A stretch of DNA of 59,865 nucleotides, filler included. It is 4 parts of 4 records of this genome, joined end to end, with 100 filler letters (N's around TTAATTAATTAA, not from the genome) between each part and the next. Parts side by side here need not be neighbours in the genome. Positions count along the whole stretch, not along the records: positions 6,350 to 31,651 come from SRR20825019_2563; 3 more parts are not named here. One strand, 5' to 3'. This document shows, one piece after another, positions 17,530 through 27,915 of the stretch; the stretch's first letter is position 1; every line of letters starts with the position of its first letter. Both the position numbers and the translations under genes were made by a program. The notes beneath the pieces were generated by a model. It saw only the letters and a program-made list of their open reading frames with translations. It had not been told where the DNA came from and ran no database searches.

Positions 17530-19617
17530 TCAATCTTTTTCTATGCTAACTTTGGTCAAAAATTGATTTTCTGTTCCCCAATTCAGATTTGGAACACTAT
17601 CAGTTTCCACAATCAATTCCCCACCATTCATTATCTCCTGGTGGGTCAACCAATTTCGCAGTAAGGGTTTTCCATTCAACTGAACAGATTTGATATAAAA
17701 ATGATCCTTGTGGTAATTAGAAACCTGAATTTTGAATGATTTTTGTGAAGACCAGTTCAATTCCACCTCCTTAAAAATGGGAGCTGTTACATAGTATACA
17801 GGTTCCCCAACATTCACCGCAGAGAATCCCATGGCCCTTAGCACAAACCAAGACGACATGGTGCCCATATCATCATCCATGGTTTTTAAATACGCCCGAG
17901 GGCTATTGTTATAAATGCGACCTATATAGGGGTCGATACCTTTGCTGTTATTATTGAAATACGCTTGAACCACAGTATCCAGCATAAGTTCTCGATAGAG
18001 TTGTTGGGATTTCCAAGGTTCTTTGGTGGCGTTGTAAAGTCCAGGTACCTGAAGATCGGGCTGGTTGGCGTGATTATAGTTGTTCTCTTCAAAAAATTGG
18101 TCCAATTGTTCCCTGAAAGCACTCTCGCCACCGGCCAAACTCTGGAGTCCCTCAATATCAAAAGGTACAAACCAACGGTATTGCCAAAGCGTACCTTGAT
18201 ACAATCCTCTGGCACCCATGCGGTCCACATCGGGCCAAGCCATATCGGAAAAGTCCTTTTCCCAATAAGTTTTGTAGTCCAAAGCCTTATTTAGGTACTC
18301 GTTGGCCAGCATGGTATCCCCTATTGACAACATCAATTTGGAACTTGCCCATAGATCATAGGAAGATTCCAAAGCTTTGTCGGGCGAACCAAAATCCAAC
18401 TTTTCGATTTCCTTGATCAAAGAGTCCTTTATTTTTATCAAAGGAAGCTCGTGCCCCTTCTCCAAAGCATCCAAAAGCACCACTTGTGCATGTTCCGTGC
18501 GAACTGAATTGGAGGGCTCAAATTGGGTGGACCAATCATTTTTACCATAGAGATATAAATTGGCAATTGATCTTGCGATGTCGCCATATTTTTGGGGATA
18601 CAGCAGCGACAATAAAGGCATTTGTTCCCTGTAATTGTCCCAAATAGCCCATCCATGGTAGACAGAATCCTTGGATTTTTGAATTGTTCCATCAATCGCC
18701 TTATAACTTCCATCCGGTTCCGAGACTACATAAGGAGATTGAAGGCCTCGATACAACAACGAATAAAAAAGTGCTACCCTATCTGCTTCTCCTTCCACTT
18801 TTGCATGCCCCAAAAGGGCATTCCAAGCCAATGTGCTCTTTTCAATGGTTTTGGACAAACTACCCCCATTGACCACCCTAGTTTTGGCGAACTCCTCATT
18901 TACAGAAGAGAAACCAATTTTCAACCCTATTGTTGGATTGCCTGTGCCATAAATTACATAGCTGTCCTTTTGTGATTTTGAAATAGTGGAAACATGGTCA
19001 AACTCCATATAAAAATAGAGTCTGTACCTACCCCTATCACAAACTGTTTTGGTATCTACCCAACCTTTTATCGTATTCCCAACAGCAGTGTGTTGTGCTT
19101 CTTCGAACCGATTTAAAAAGGCATAGGCCAAATCTACTTTCAACATTTTTCCCGATTCCGGAAAATGATATTGATGCACCCCATAATTATGGTCGGTAGC
19201 CATTTCGGCACTTATTCCATTTTCAAAGGTGGCTTTGTAATAACCGGGTTTGGCGGACTCATGCTTCTTCAGCAATTTTTCATCCACTTCTTCATTTCCA
19301 ATAGGCTTTACCAAAATGTTACCTCCCCCGCCTCTACAACCAACACCTTCAATATGGGTATGGACAAAACCTAAAAATTCCTTTGCATAGTAATCATAGC
19401 CTGTATGTGTGCCAGGATGGGTCACGGGGCCAATGGATATCATATTAAATGGAGAAGCCGCTGCCGGGGACATTTGCCCATGATCTCCGGAGGTGCCCAG
19501 AAAACCGTTCACTTGTTCACTTGGGGATTTGACTAAGTCAACCTCATTTTTAGCCTTCCTTTGTTGACAAGCGAAAAACAGCAGCACCATTGGAATACAC
19601 AAACCATACTTTTTCAT
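17530..19617 (-). CDS. GH92-family (alpha-mannosidase-like) lipoprotein
   Basis: GWAIWDNYRE, WQYRWFVPFD, YNHANQPD and DDDMGTMSSWF motifs; lipobox FFAC. Confidence 0.88.
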   Translation of the reverse strand: MKKYGLCIPMVLLFFACQQRKAKNEVDLVKSPSEQVNGFLGTSGDHGQMSPAAASPFNMISIGPVTHPGTHTGYDYYAKEFLGFVHTHIEGVGCRGGGGNILVKPIGNEEVDEKLLKKHESAKPGYYKATFENGISAEMATDHNYGVHQYHFPESGKMLKVDLAYAFLNRFEEAQHTAVGNTIKGWVDTKTVCDRGRYRLYFYMEFDHVSTISKSQKDSYVIYGTGNPTIGLKIGFSSVNEEFAKTRVVNGGSLSKTIEKSTLAWNALLGHAKVEGEADRVALFYSLLYRGLQSPYVVSEPDGSYKAIDGTIQKSKDSVYHGWAIWDNYREQMPLLSLLYPQKYGDIARSIANLYLYGKNDWSTQFEPSNSVRTEHAQVVLLDALEKGHELPLIKIKDSLIKEIEKLDFGSPDKALESSYDLWASSKLMLSIGDTMLANEYLNKALDYKTYWEKDFSDMAWPDVDRMGARGLYQGTLWQYRWFVPFDIEGLQSLAGGESAFREQLDQFFEENNYNHANQPDLQVPGLYNATKEPWKSQQLYRELMLDTVVQAYFNNNSKGIDPYIGRIYNNSPRAYLKTMDDDMGTMSSWFVLRAMGFSAVNVGEPVYYVTAPIFKEVELNWSSQKSFKIQVSNYHKDHFYIKSVQLNGKPLLRNWLTHQEIMNGGELIVETDSVPNLNWGTENQFLTKVSIEKD

Positions 19618-19621
19618 ACCA

Positions 19622-20857
19622 TTATGGGTCTAAGGGTTGGTTTGGATTTTGGTGGAATGAAACTTTGTTTCCTGTAAATTCAAGGGTAGTTGGGGATAGT
19701 CTCTCATGGAAATTTACAGGTTGATAGCCCAATTCTTCCTGACAACGTCTTTTAAACGTTTCACTCCCCGTGTAATCACTATGTGAAGGATTCGTCACCA
19801 CCAAGCTCTTTTGTTCCAATGGAATCCCGTATTCCACCATTAATCGGGTTGCATTTCGCATATTGGTCGTAGTGTGTCTTGCATAAGGTTCGATGATGAT
19901 GTACTCTTCGGGAACTCCATATTCCTCCATAAGTGCTTGTTTCATTTCCACGGCCTCACAGTAAGGCGTCATATACGGATGTACATGACCTCCTGAAACA
20001 ATTATAAAAGGTGCTTTTTTGGCTCGGTATTCTTTCATGGCCAATTGAAGGTTCACCTTTCCCGCAATGGAAAGTTTATCCCGATAATTTTCGGGACCGC
20101 CTCCCAAAACCACAATGGATGCATAGGGATAAGACTTAAAATCTGTGTTTTTTATGGTTTGAACAGCTTTGACATTCTCTTTTTTGTCCAATGGATCATA
20201 ACGAACAGCTTCGTCCTTATGGTTGGCATACAACAAGTTTAAGGCAAGATATAAGCTTGGTTGAAAGAACAATTGTTCCTCTTGGGCATCATCAATGGCC
20301 AGTGTCTTTAATGTAGCAACCGCATAGAGGTATCTTTTCGATTTGGCATCAAAAGAAACCGAATCAATATTTTTATAAAATGGCATTTTCCCTGCCCCGT
20401 AAACTTCCAACACCGTATCCAATCCTTTGGCACATTGTTCCCATATGTCATAGAGATATTCATCATCAGAAGCCCGTTCAAAATTTGCATATTGGTTGGA
20501 ATCCCTTAGCTTTTTGATAAGGCCCTTAAAGTCAGCATTGCCCTTGGACAAATCCACCAATCGGTTTCCAATGGTTTGGATATCACTTTCCGACCATAAA
20601 AATGGAGTTATGATTTCCTTACCATTTTGGGGCAAGGTTTCCATGGGAATTGTCATTTTATCCCAGTAGGATTTCAATTGCTTATCCGTTTTTAGAAGAT
20701 TCATGATCCCCGCATTGTTTTCCAATACCGAAAACAAATAGAAATTTTTTGCTTGTAGCCCCTCTTGGGTTATGTTGGGATGATCTTGAGTTATAGTTTG
20801 AGCTCGAGAAATAAAAGCACAACCCATAACCCATGAAAAAAGAAGTAGTTTTTTCAT
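19622..20857 (-). CDS. Secreted YdcF/DUF218 (ElyC/SanA-like) protein with an N-terminal extension
   Basis: IVVLGGG, IIVSGG, EAVEMK, IIIEPYARHTTTN and LVVTNPSH motifs. Confidence 0.85.
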   Translation of the reverse strand: MKKLLLFSWVMGCAFISRAQTITQDHPNITQEGLQAKNFYLFSVLENNAGIMNLLKTDKQLKSYWDKMTIPMETLPQNGKEIITPFLWSESDIQTIGNRLVDLSKGNADFKGLIKKLRDSNQYANFERASDDEYLYDIWEQCAKGLDTVLEVYGAGKMPFYKNIDSVSFDAKSKRYLYAVATLKTLAIDDAQEEQLFFQPSLYLALNLLYANHKDEAVRYDPLDKKENVKAVQTIKNTDFKSYPYASIVVLGGGPENYRDKLSIAGKVNLQLAMKEYRAKKAPFIIVSGGHVHPYMTPYCEAVEMKQALMEEYGVPEEYIIIEPYARHTTTNMRNATRLMVEYGIPLEQKSLVVTNPSHSDYTGSETFKRRCQEELGYQPVNFHERLSPTTLEFTGNKVSFHQNPNQPLDP

Positions 20858-20872
20858 GCTGTTGATTTTAAA

Positions 20873-20897
20873 AAGGGCGGCTATTGAAGCCGCCCTT
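20873..20897 (-). terminator. Intrinsic terminator/stabilising hairpin after susD
   Basis: Stem AAGGGCGGCT/AGCCGCCCTT with a T-run on the minus strand. Confidence 0.75.
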
Positions 20898-20913
20898 ATG
20901 ATTAAAATTTTAG

Positions 20914-22590
20914 TTAGTATCCGTTGTTCTGGGTTACCAGACCCTCGTCAACACTGTCAATATATTCTTGTGGAATTGGCCAGTACTCATTTTTACCTAG
21001 GGTAAAGACTGCATTGGTCAAGTGGGTTCTTCTGGTTCTTTCCACCTCTAAATAATCATCAATCACCTCTTTGGCGATGCCCCAACGCACCAAATTGAAG
21101 AAACGGTGTCCTTCCATGGCAAGTTCCAAGCGTGACTCCATACGGACTTTCTCCATTGCATCAGTGGCATCGGTCCAAGCCGTATCGTAAGTTCCGATGT
21201 TGTAGTTGGCAGCATCACTTGACCCATCCAATGTTTGTACATATTGGGAATTGGCTGCACGCTCACGAATTTGGTTCACTAAAGACCTAGCTTCCTCCAA
21301 ATTACCCAATTCAACGGCGGCTTCCGCTCTCCACAATAATACCTCAGCATAACGGATGATGTAATAGTTCAACGCATCGACATACGGCCAAACAGTTACG
21401 TGGTAAGGGGAATTTGCTGAGAGGATTCGCTTTTTAGGTCCAAAAGGACCATAGGTCGCCAAATCCCTTGCCCAGCTGGCCTCATAAATAACGTTTAGGT
21501 CTTTGTAAGGAATACCTGGTCTACCAATGGTAATATCCAAACGGGGATCTACAAAATCAGTTTCGGTCACATCAACATTGTCGTTAACCGGAAGCCCAGA
21601 GGCATCTGTTTTAAAAGCATTTACCAAGTTCTGTGATGGACGGTGGAAACCATATTGAGAGTAATAAGGCCCTCCGGGAGCGGTCAAACGGTCACCAATA
21701 CTACCGTTGTAGTTACTTCCTTGCCCATCATTCACCGAATACTGCACGGCAAAAAGCACTTCTGAACCATTGTCATTTTCTGGTAAGAAAACCGATTGGA
21801 AATCATCCATCAATTCGTAGCTACCCCCCATTACAACAGTTGTAGCATCGAAAGCGGCTTGCCATTTTTCTTGAAAAAGATACGTCTTGGCCAAATATGC
21901 CATTGCCGCAAGATTGGTAGGTCTACCTATCTCTTCTTGACTGCTTGGCAAAGCATCGTAAGCGGCTTGAAAATCAGCCTCTATTTTGGCCCAAATCTCT
22001 GCAGAAGTAAATTCGGTATTGGAACGCGCATAATCAGAAACAGTTTCCGCAGTTTCATCGATATATGGAATTTGATCATAGATTTTTTTAAGCTCAAAAT
22101 AATAGTGACCTCGTATGAATCTAAGTTCAGCAGTTCGTTGAGTTTTTAAGGTTGCATCGAAATCCTCTGAGGCGTTCAACAATTTCATGGCCTCATTGGT
22201 ACGCTTTACCCCTTCGTACAACGCCATCCATTTTCGTTCTACATCATAGGTGGTAGGTGTAGTGTTGTACAGTTCCATTTGATGGATTTGGCTTTGGTCA
22301 CCGGTACCTCCACCTCCTTTGTAACAGTCATCCGATACTACGTCTCCAAAACTCCAATTGGAAGCCGGGGAATTGTAAGCATTACTAGCACCATCTATCT
22401 GACCGTTCAACACACTATATGCAGAAATAATGGCTTTTTCCACATTCTCTGCTTTTGTCATTTCATCAGGGGCAACTTCTCCATAGGTAACTTCCTCTAG
22501 AAAGTCCTTGGAACAAGAACCCAAGACCGTAAGTGCCATCGCAGCACCTACCATTATATATTTTGAATTTATTTTCAATATGTTTTTCAT
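20914..22590 (-). CDS. susD: SusD/RagB lipoprotein
   Basis: Lipobox LGSC; IIRYAEVLLWRAEA and ELAMEGHRFFNLVRWG motifs. Confidence 0.95.
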   Translation of the reverse strand: MKNILKINSKYIMVGAAMALTVLGSCSKDFLEEVTYGEVAPDEMTKAENVEKAIISAYSVLNGQIDGASNAYNSPASNWSFGDVVSDDCYKGGGGTGDQSQIHQMELYNTTPTTYDVERKWMALYEGVKRTNEAMKLLNASEDFDATLKTQRTAELRFIRGHYYFELKKIYDQIPYIDETAETVSDYARSNTEFTSAEIWAKIEADFQAAYDALPSSQEEIGRPTNLAAMAYLAKTYLFQEKWQAAFDATTVVMGGSYELMDDFQSVFLPENDNGSEVLFAVQYSVNDGQGSNYNGSIGDRLTAPGGPYYSQYGFHRPSQNLVNAFKTDASGLPVNDNVDVTETDFVDPRLDITIGRPGIPYKDLNVIYEASWARDLATYGPFGPKKRILSANSPYHVTVWPYVDALNYYIIRYAEVLLWRAEAAVELGNLEEARSLVNQIRERAANSQYVQTLDGSSDAANYNIGTYDTAWTDATDAMEKVRMESRLELAMEGHRFFNLVRWGIAKEVIDDYLEVERTRRTHLTNAVFTLGKNEYWPIPQEYIDSVDEGLVTQNNGY

Positions 22591-22597
22591 GGTTTTT

Positions 22598-25500
22598 TTA
22601 AAGTTTTAAGTTACATCCGATCACAAAAGTCCTGCTCGGGGGATACAATCCTCGGTCGATACCGATATCGAGGTTTCGGTTACTACCGCCATAGTTCTGA
22701 AGTCCGACTTGTGGGTTCATTCCACTGTAATCGGTTATAGTGAAAAGGTTACTTGCCTGAACGTAAATCCTAAGGTTCATTCCGCCCATAAGTTCTGGAT
22801 CGATGGAATATCCCAGCTGTAGGTTTGTCAAACGAACATAAGATCCGTTTTCAACGTAGTAAGTTGAAGGACGAATGTTGTTGTTTGGATCATCCAAGGA
22901 CAATCTTGGGATACTGCTACCTGTATTACTTTCTGACCAAGCGTTCAACAATACATTTTCTTTGTTGTATGCAGCTTGGTTAAAGAAATGGTTTTTGTAT
23001 TTGGTGAAGTTATAGGTATCATTCCCAAAACTACCATTGAACAAAATCCCTAGATCGAAAGCTTTATAGTTGAATTGCAGGTTAAGACCCAACATTACAT
23101 CGGGGTGTGGCGAACCGATAAAAGTTCTATCATCCGCATCTACATCACCATCACCATCAACATCTTTAAATCGAATGTCTCCAGGTTGTGCATTGGGTTG
23201 CATGCCATAGCTATCCACTTCTGCTTGACTTTGGAACAAACCATCCGCAACATAACCATAGAAAGAAGCTATGGGCTGACCTACTGCACTTCTTGAAATT
23301 TCTTGATCAAAGTTTACGCTGTGCAATGATGAACTCGGAATACCCAAGTAATCAGAGGTCGTCAACTCGGTAAGCTCGTTTTTAGACCCTGTTAGGTTCA
23401 ATCCAATACTATAGCCAAAATCACCTACCCTATCGTTATAGTTGATGTCCAATTCAAAACCCGTGTTTTTCATTTTACCATCGTTCACCCACTGTCCGTC
23501 ATTGGTACCACCGTACGTCAATGGAACGGTGTTGTATACCAAGATATCGTCCGTATTTTTAATGTAATAATCGGCGGTAATGTTCAAACGATCATCCCAA
23601 AGTCCCATATCCACACCAAAAGAGGTTTGGGTGGTAGTTTCCCATTTCAAATCTGCATTTGGAATTCGGGATTGGGTCAATCCGATATAAACTGCTTCTT
23701 GTGCACCATCGATGGCATAGTTGGAGTTGGCGTTGTTGTTCCGGTAACTATCCACTGTAGCATAATTGGAAATCTCTTGGTTACCGGTTTGACCCCAGCT
23801 ACCACGCAGCATCAAGGAAGAAATGGCTCCATCAGGATTAAAGAAATCCTCGCGATTTAATCTCCATCCCAATGAAAATGCTGGGAACGTACCCCACCTG
23901 TTATCCTCACTGAACCTGGAACTACCGTCACGTCTTACCGTAGCGGTAAAAAGGTATTTTTCGTCAAAGTTATAGTTCACCCTTCCAAAGTAAGAGTTCA
24001 AAGACCATCCATTGGCACTCCCCGAATTCAACATGTTCTCGGTACCAAAGCTTAGGTATCTGAAGTTTAAATCCTCGTACAAAAATTCACTTACAGATGC
24101 ACTAAAACCTTCGTAATTGTACTCTATGGATTCCTGACCTACGATGGCATCCAGATGATGTTTCCCAAATTGCTTTTTATAGTTCAATGTATTGGTAAAT
24201 GAGAACTGATAGTTGAAGCTGTTGGACGTTGATAAGGAGTTGGTATTGTTGGTAGACAATATCTCGTCGTAAGTAGGTGAAAAACTTCTGATATTATAGT
24301 TTTGGTAATCCAATCCAAAGGAAGTTTTAAAGGTAAAATCGCCTACATATAGATTTGCAAACACATTACCCAAAGCTTGAACCCTTTTTTGTTTGTTGTC
24401 CTTGTTTCTGGACAACTGTCCCATAGGGTTGTTACTATCGTTGATCGGGTTCCCTGCATATGCCCCGTTGATATCCTTTACTGGGACGATTGATGGAAAT
24501 TGCATGGCGGTAAGAATCACACTACCCAAAGCGGCGTTGGTCCCAACGGAAACCTGCTCCTTATAGTTGGCCGTAAAATTTTCACCAATGGTAAGGAAAT
24601 CACCAATATTATAAGAAGAGTTGAATCTTGCCGAGTATCTTTCAAAACCAGTGTATTTGATCAAACCTTCTTGGTTGAAATACCCCAATGAGAACATGTT
24701 TTGACTTTTGGAATCTCCTTTGGCCAAAGACACATTGTACGATTGAATTTGGGCAGTTTGCATGATTTCATTCACCCAATCCACATCGTCACTGGGAATG
24801 GTTTGGTCCGCATCCAACCATTGTGGAATTACCGCCTGAGTTGGATCGTTCCCATAAATATCATGGGAAGGGGTACCACCATCGTTGATCGTTGCCTCCC
24901 ACAATAGGTCACCATATTGTTGGGCATTCAACATTCTAGGCAAATTATAGGTCGACTGGAGACCCGCGTAGCCATCAAAGGAAACCACATATTCCCCACC
25001 GGTATCCGAGCCACTCTTAGTGGTAATGATCACCACCCCGTTCGCTGCTCGAGATCCATAAATAGAAGCAGAGGCAGCATCTTTCAATACTTGGATGGTC
25101 TCGATATCGGAAGGGTTGATACCATTAAGTCCATTGGAAGCTGGGATACCATCAATGATCACCAATGGATCATTACTGTTGATGGTACTAAAACCACGAA
25201 CTCGAATCGAAGTTCCACCTCCTGGAGAATTATCACTCATCACTTGAACCCCGGGCAAGCGACCATCCAACATTTCAACAACGTTGGCTTTTGGCTGGGT
25301 CACAATTTCTTCCGGCGCAACAGATGCAATGGCACCTGTAATATTTCTTCTGGCCTCGGTACCGTATCCGACCACTACAATTTCATCCAATTGGGAGGCA
25401 CTTTCAAGCAGCGTAACGGTAACATTGTTCAGTTGTTCAATGTCTACATCCTGTCTTTGATAGCCAATATAGGTAACGGACAATAGTTTAAAGTTGGATG

Positions 25501-25966
25501 GAATATCGAAGCTAAAGTTTCCGTCAAAATCTGAAACCGTACCATAATCCGTACCATCAACAAAAACGTTGGCACCTGGTATGGGTGCTCCGGCCTCATC
25601 GATAACTTTACCGGAAATACTACGTTGTTCTTGGATAAATTTTACAAGAACACCTTGCTCGGTCACTTTAAAGTCTACATTGGCCTTACTTTTAAGGTCT
25701 TCCAACACAGATTCCAAGTTTACTTTGTTGGCATCGATACTAATGCGCTGTTGCAGATATTGTGCATCGGCCGCATAAATAAATCTTTTACCTGTTTGCT
25801 TTTCAATAAGGTCGAACACCTTTTCCAGAGCAACACTTTTAAGGTTTAGGTTAATGATCTTAAAATTTTGGGTGTTTACCATAACGTTCGCCGATATGGG
25901 AACGACAGCCGCTCGACCTAACAAAGGCAAACACAATAGCAATGCTAAGAGGTTTAATTTTTTCAT
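22598..25966 (-). CDS. susC: SusC/RagA TonB-dependent transporter with an N-terminal signalling (STN) extension
   Basis: LDEIVVVGYG, LKDAASASIYGSRAANGVVIITTK and LKWETT motifs; about 110-aa N-terminal extension. Confidence 0.96.
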   Translation of the reverse strand: MKKLNLLALLLCLPLLGRAAVVPISANVMVNTQNFKIINLNLKSVALEKVFDLIEKQTGKRFIYAADAQYLQQRISIDANKVNLESVLEDLKSKANVDFKVTEQGVLVKFIQEQRSISGKVIDEAGAPIPGANVFVDGTDYGTVSDFDGNFSFDIPSNFKLLSVTYIGYQRQDVDIEQLNNVTVTLLESASQLDEIVVVGYGTEARRNITGAIASVAPEEIVTQPKANVVEMLDGRLPGVQVMSDNSPGGGTSIRVRGFSTINSNDPLVIIDGIPASNGLNGINPSDIETIQVLKDAASASIYGSRAANGVVIITTKSGSDTGGEYVVSFDGYAGLQSTYNLPRMLNAQQYGDLLWEATINDGGTPSHDIYGNDPTQAVIPQWLDADQTIPSDDVDWVNEIMQTAQIQSYNVSLAKGDSKSQNMFSLGYFNQEGLIKYTGFERYSARFNSSYNIGDFLTIGENFTANYKEQVSVGTNAALGSVILTAMQFPSIVPVKDINGAYAGNPINDSNNPMGQLSRNKDNKQKRVQALGNVFANLYVGDFTFKTSFGLDYQNYNIRSFSPTYDEILSTNNTNSLSTSNSFNYQFSFTNTLNYKKQFGKHHLDAIVGQESIEYNYEGFSASVSEFLYEDLNFRYLSFGTENMLNSGSANGWSLNSYFGRVNYNFDEKYLFTATVRRDGSSRFSEDNRWGTFPAFSLGWRLNREDFFNPDGAISSLMLRGSWGQTGNQEISNYATVDSYRNNNANSNYAIDGAQEAVYIGLTQSRIPNADLKWETTTQTSFGVDMGLWDDRLNITADYYIKNTDDILVYNTVPLTYGGTNDGQWVNDGKMKNTGFELDINYNDRVGDFGYSIGLNLTGSKNELTELTTSDYLGIPSSSLHSVNFDQEISRSAVGQPIASFYGYVADGLFQSQAEVDSYGMQPNAQPGDIRFKDVDGDGDVDADDRTFIGSPHPDVMLGLNLQFNYKAFDLGILFNGSFGNDTYNFTKYKNHFFNQAAYNKENVLLNAWSESNTGSSIPRLSLDDPNNNIRPSTYYVENGSYVRLTNLQLGYSIDPELMGGMNLRIYVQASNLFTITDYSGMNPQVGLQNYGGSNRNLDIGIDRGLYPPSRTFVIGCNLKL

Positions 25967-26062
25967 TTTTGAAAGAGTAGTTTAATATTGGTTCTCACTA
26001 ATTTTTTTAGTTTTTTGATGAAGGTTTAGAAGCTCAGTTTTGTCATACACTTTTTTACGGGG

Positions 26063-26656
26063 TTAAAATTGTTTGTTCTTCACTACCATATTTCTAATGG
26101 TCCTGAGGGCTATGGCCATATGGCTCTCTACAGTCTTAATGGACACTCCCAGAATCTCTGAGATTTCCTTGTACTTTAGTTCATCCAACCTGCTCATTTC
26201 AAAGATTTGGCGGGACTTTTTGGGAATCTGGTCCAAGATTTCCTGTATCTTCCGAACGTACATTTCCCTTTGTTCTTGATCTATAATTTCTTGTTCGATA
26301 CTTGGGCTAGTGGAATATTCATCCTCTACTCCCTTATCCAAGGTTTGCTTGAGTTTTTGGTACGAAACCGGCTCCATAAGTTTGTTTTTGACCACTACAT
26401 AGAGATAGGGTTTTGGCTTTTGGATCTCATGGATGCGATCATGGGAATTCCACAATTGGATAAATACATCGGAAACCTTTTCCTGGACCACATCCAAATC
26501 ATTTTCATAAGCGATTCCAAAACGACATAGGCTTTCATAGTACCTATTAAAAACAGCCTCCAAGGCCCCTTTTTCCCTTTGTTTGATTAACTGAAAGAGT
26601 TCCAAATCTGATTTTTGGTTCAATTCCTTGTATGTGGAAGCTTTACTTTTCATCAC
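26063..26656 (-). CDS. ECF sigma-70 factor (Bacteroidota type)
   Basis: VSDVFIQLW and LKYKEISEILGVSIKTVESHM motifs. Confidence 0.92.
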   Translation of the reverse strand: MMKSKASTYKELNQKSDLELFQLIKQREKGALEAVFNRYYESLCRFGIAYENDLDVVQEKVSDVFIQLWNSHDRIHEIQKPKPYLYVVVKNKLMEPVSYQKLKQTLDKGVEDEYSTSPSIEQEIIDQEQREMYVRKIQEILDQIPKKSRQIFEMSRLDELKYKEISEILGVSIKTVESHMAIALRTIRNMVVKNKQF

Positions 26657-27629
26657 TGGGGGCTATTGTAAATTTTTTTGATGACTGCTTCGAAATCTTC
26701 ACGTCAGCAATAAATTCCAAAGTTTGAACGAACTGATCTAAATCCTGGTCCTCAAAGGCTGCATTGATCCTCTTGTTCGCTACAACACTATCGGAAACAG
26801 TAAATGTTGTACCGTAAAATTCATTGATGGGAAGTAACGCTTCTTCCAAAGTGAGATCATGCAGTAAAAGAATATTGTCTTTCCACGCCGTGGTCTTGGA
26901 TACATCAAAATTGCGCTTTACCACTTCTCCACTTTCCATACTCCAAGAAAGTTCTTCGTTTGGCCTTAATTGGATTTTATCACCGGAATTTTCCAATGTC
27001 ACCTGTACCTTGCCACTTTCCAGAGACACTATTTTTGACATTCCTTTGGTATTTACATTGAACTTGGTTCCCAATACCTTCACTTCAAATCCGCTTGCAC
27101 CTACACTAAAAGGCCGATCAGCATCCTCCACAATATTAAAATACACCTCCCCGGACATCCAAACATCCCGCTTATCATCCGTGAAAACCTCGGGGTATTT
27201 AAGTTCTGAATTGGCATTTACTGTGACCGACGATCCGTCTGGGAGGGTAACGTGTTTCCTTTCTCCTTCAAGAGCTATGATATGATTGGTGTACCTAGGT
27301 TCATTATCCTGTGTAAACAAATACACTCCAAAAGCAACCAGAACAGCAGCTGCGACCGCAATCACCGCTTTAAGTTTAGTGGACAGAAAAATGAGTTTAG
27401 GTTTTGGGGCTTCTGAAATTTCTTCCATGACGCGTTTAGCGAAGTGCTCTTTTCTAAGCGGAAGGGAAGGTTTTGGATAGCAGTCCCACAATAACTCATA
27501 ATCTTGAAAACGTTCGTGTAAATCATCATCCAGCAGTAGGTTCACTTCAAACATGGATCTGTCCTGATCCGTATCCAATTCCCCCGAAAGCTTTCGAACG
27601 CATTTGATATCCTCTTTGGATATGTCCAT
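26643..27629 (-). CDS. fecR: FecR-family anti-sigma factor
   Basis: Single TM helix; LPDGSSVTVNANS, GEVYF and VLGTKFNV motifs. Confidence 0.92.
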   Translation of the reverse strand: MDISKEDIKCVRKLSGELDTDQDRSMFEVNLLLDDDLHERFQDYELLWDCYPKPSLPLRKEHFAKRVMEEISEAPKPKLIFLSTKLKAVIAVAAAVLVAFGVYLFTQDNEPRYTNHIIALEGERKHVTLPDGSSVTVNANSELKYPEVFTDDKRDVWMSGEVYFNIVEDADRPFSVGASGFEVKVLGTKFNVNTKGMSKIVSLESGKVQVTLENSGDKIQLRPNEELSWSMESGEVVKRNFDVSKTTAWKDNILLLHDLTLEEALLPINEFYGTTFTVSDSVVANKRINAAFEDQDLDQFVQTLEFIADVKISKQSSKKFTIAPSDEK

Positions 27630-27832
27630 ACTTTGTCTTTTAGCAATAGGAGGGTTGAAAGGTAGAATTACCCCTAGATCAGAATGTCATCAAAACGAAA
27701 AGTGTGAATTAAGTAAAGGTTAATACCCTATAAAGTCGGTAGGTACGATAAGTCAGAGAATTAGATTTAATCTCAAAATTCAGGAAATCCAGAATTATTT
27801 ATTGCTACATTTTGTGGACGTATCGATTGGTC

Positions 27833-27868
27833 TGTAGCCTTACCCCTTTTTGTAGCCTTCCCCCTTTT
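27833..27868 (-). repeat. Tandem 18-bp repeat (TGTAGCCTT[A/C]CCCCTTTT x2) containing the right copy of the 20-bp inverted repeat
   Basis: 27833-27850 and 27851-27868 differ at one base. Located 47 bp beyond the traN stop. Confidence 0.88.
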
Positions 27869-27915
27869 AGGACATCGCAAAATGCTTAAAATCCTCATGC
27901 TAGAATAAAGACATA

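Noticed and set aside
13692-27846. Tn3-family transposon suggested by GGGG...CCCC ends
   Set aside because: No transposase or resolvase, similarity is far shorter than a 38-bp IR, and the flanks AAAAT/TTTTT are not a target duplication.
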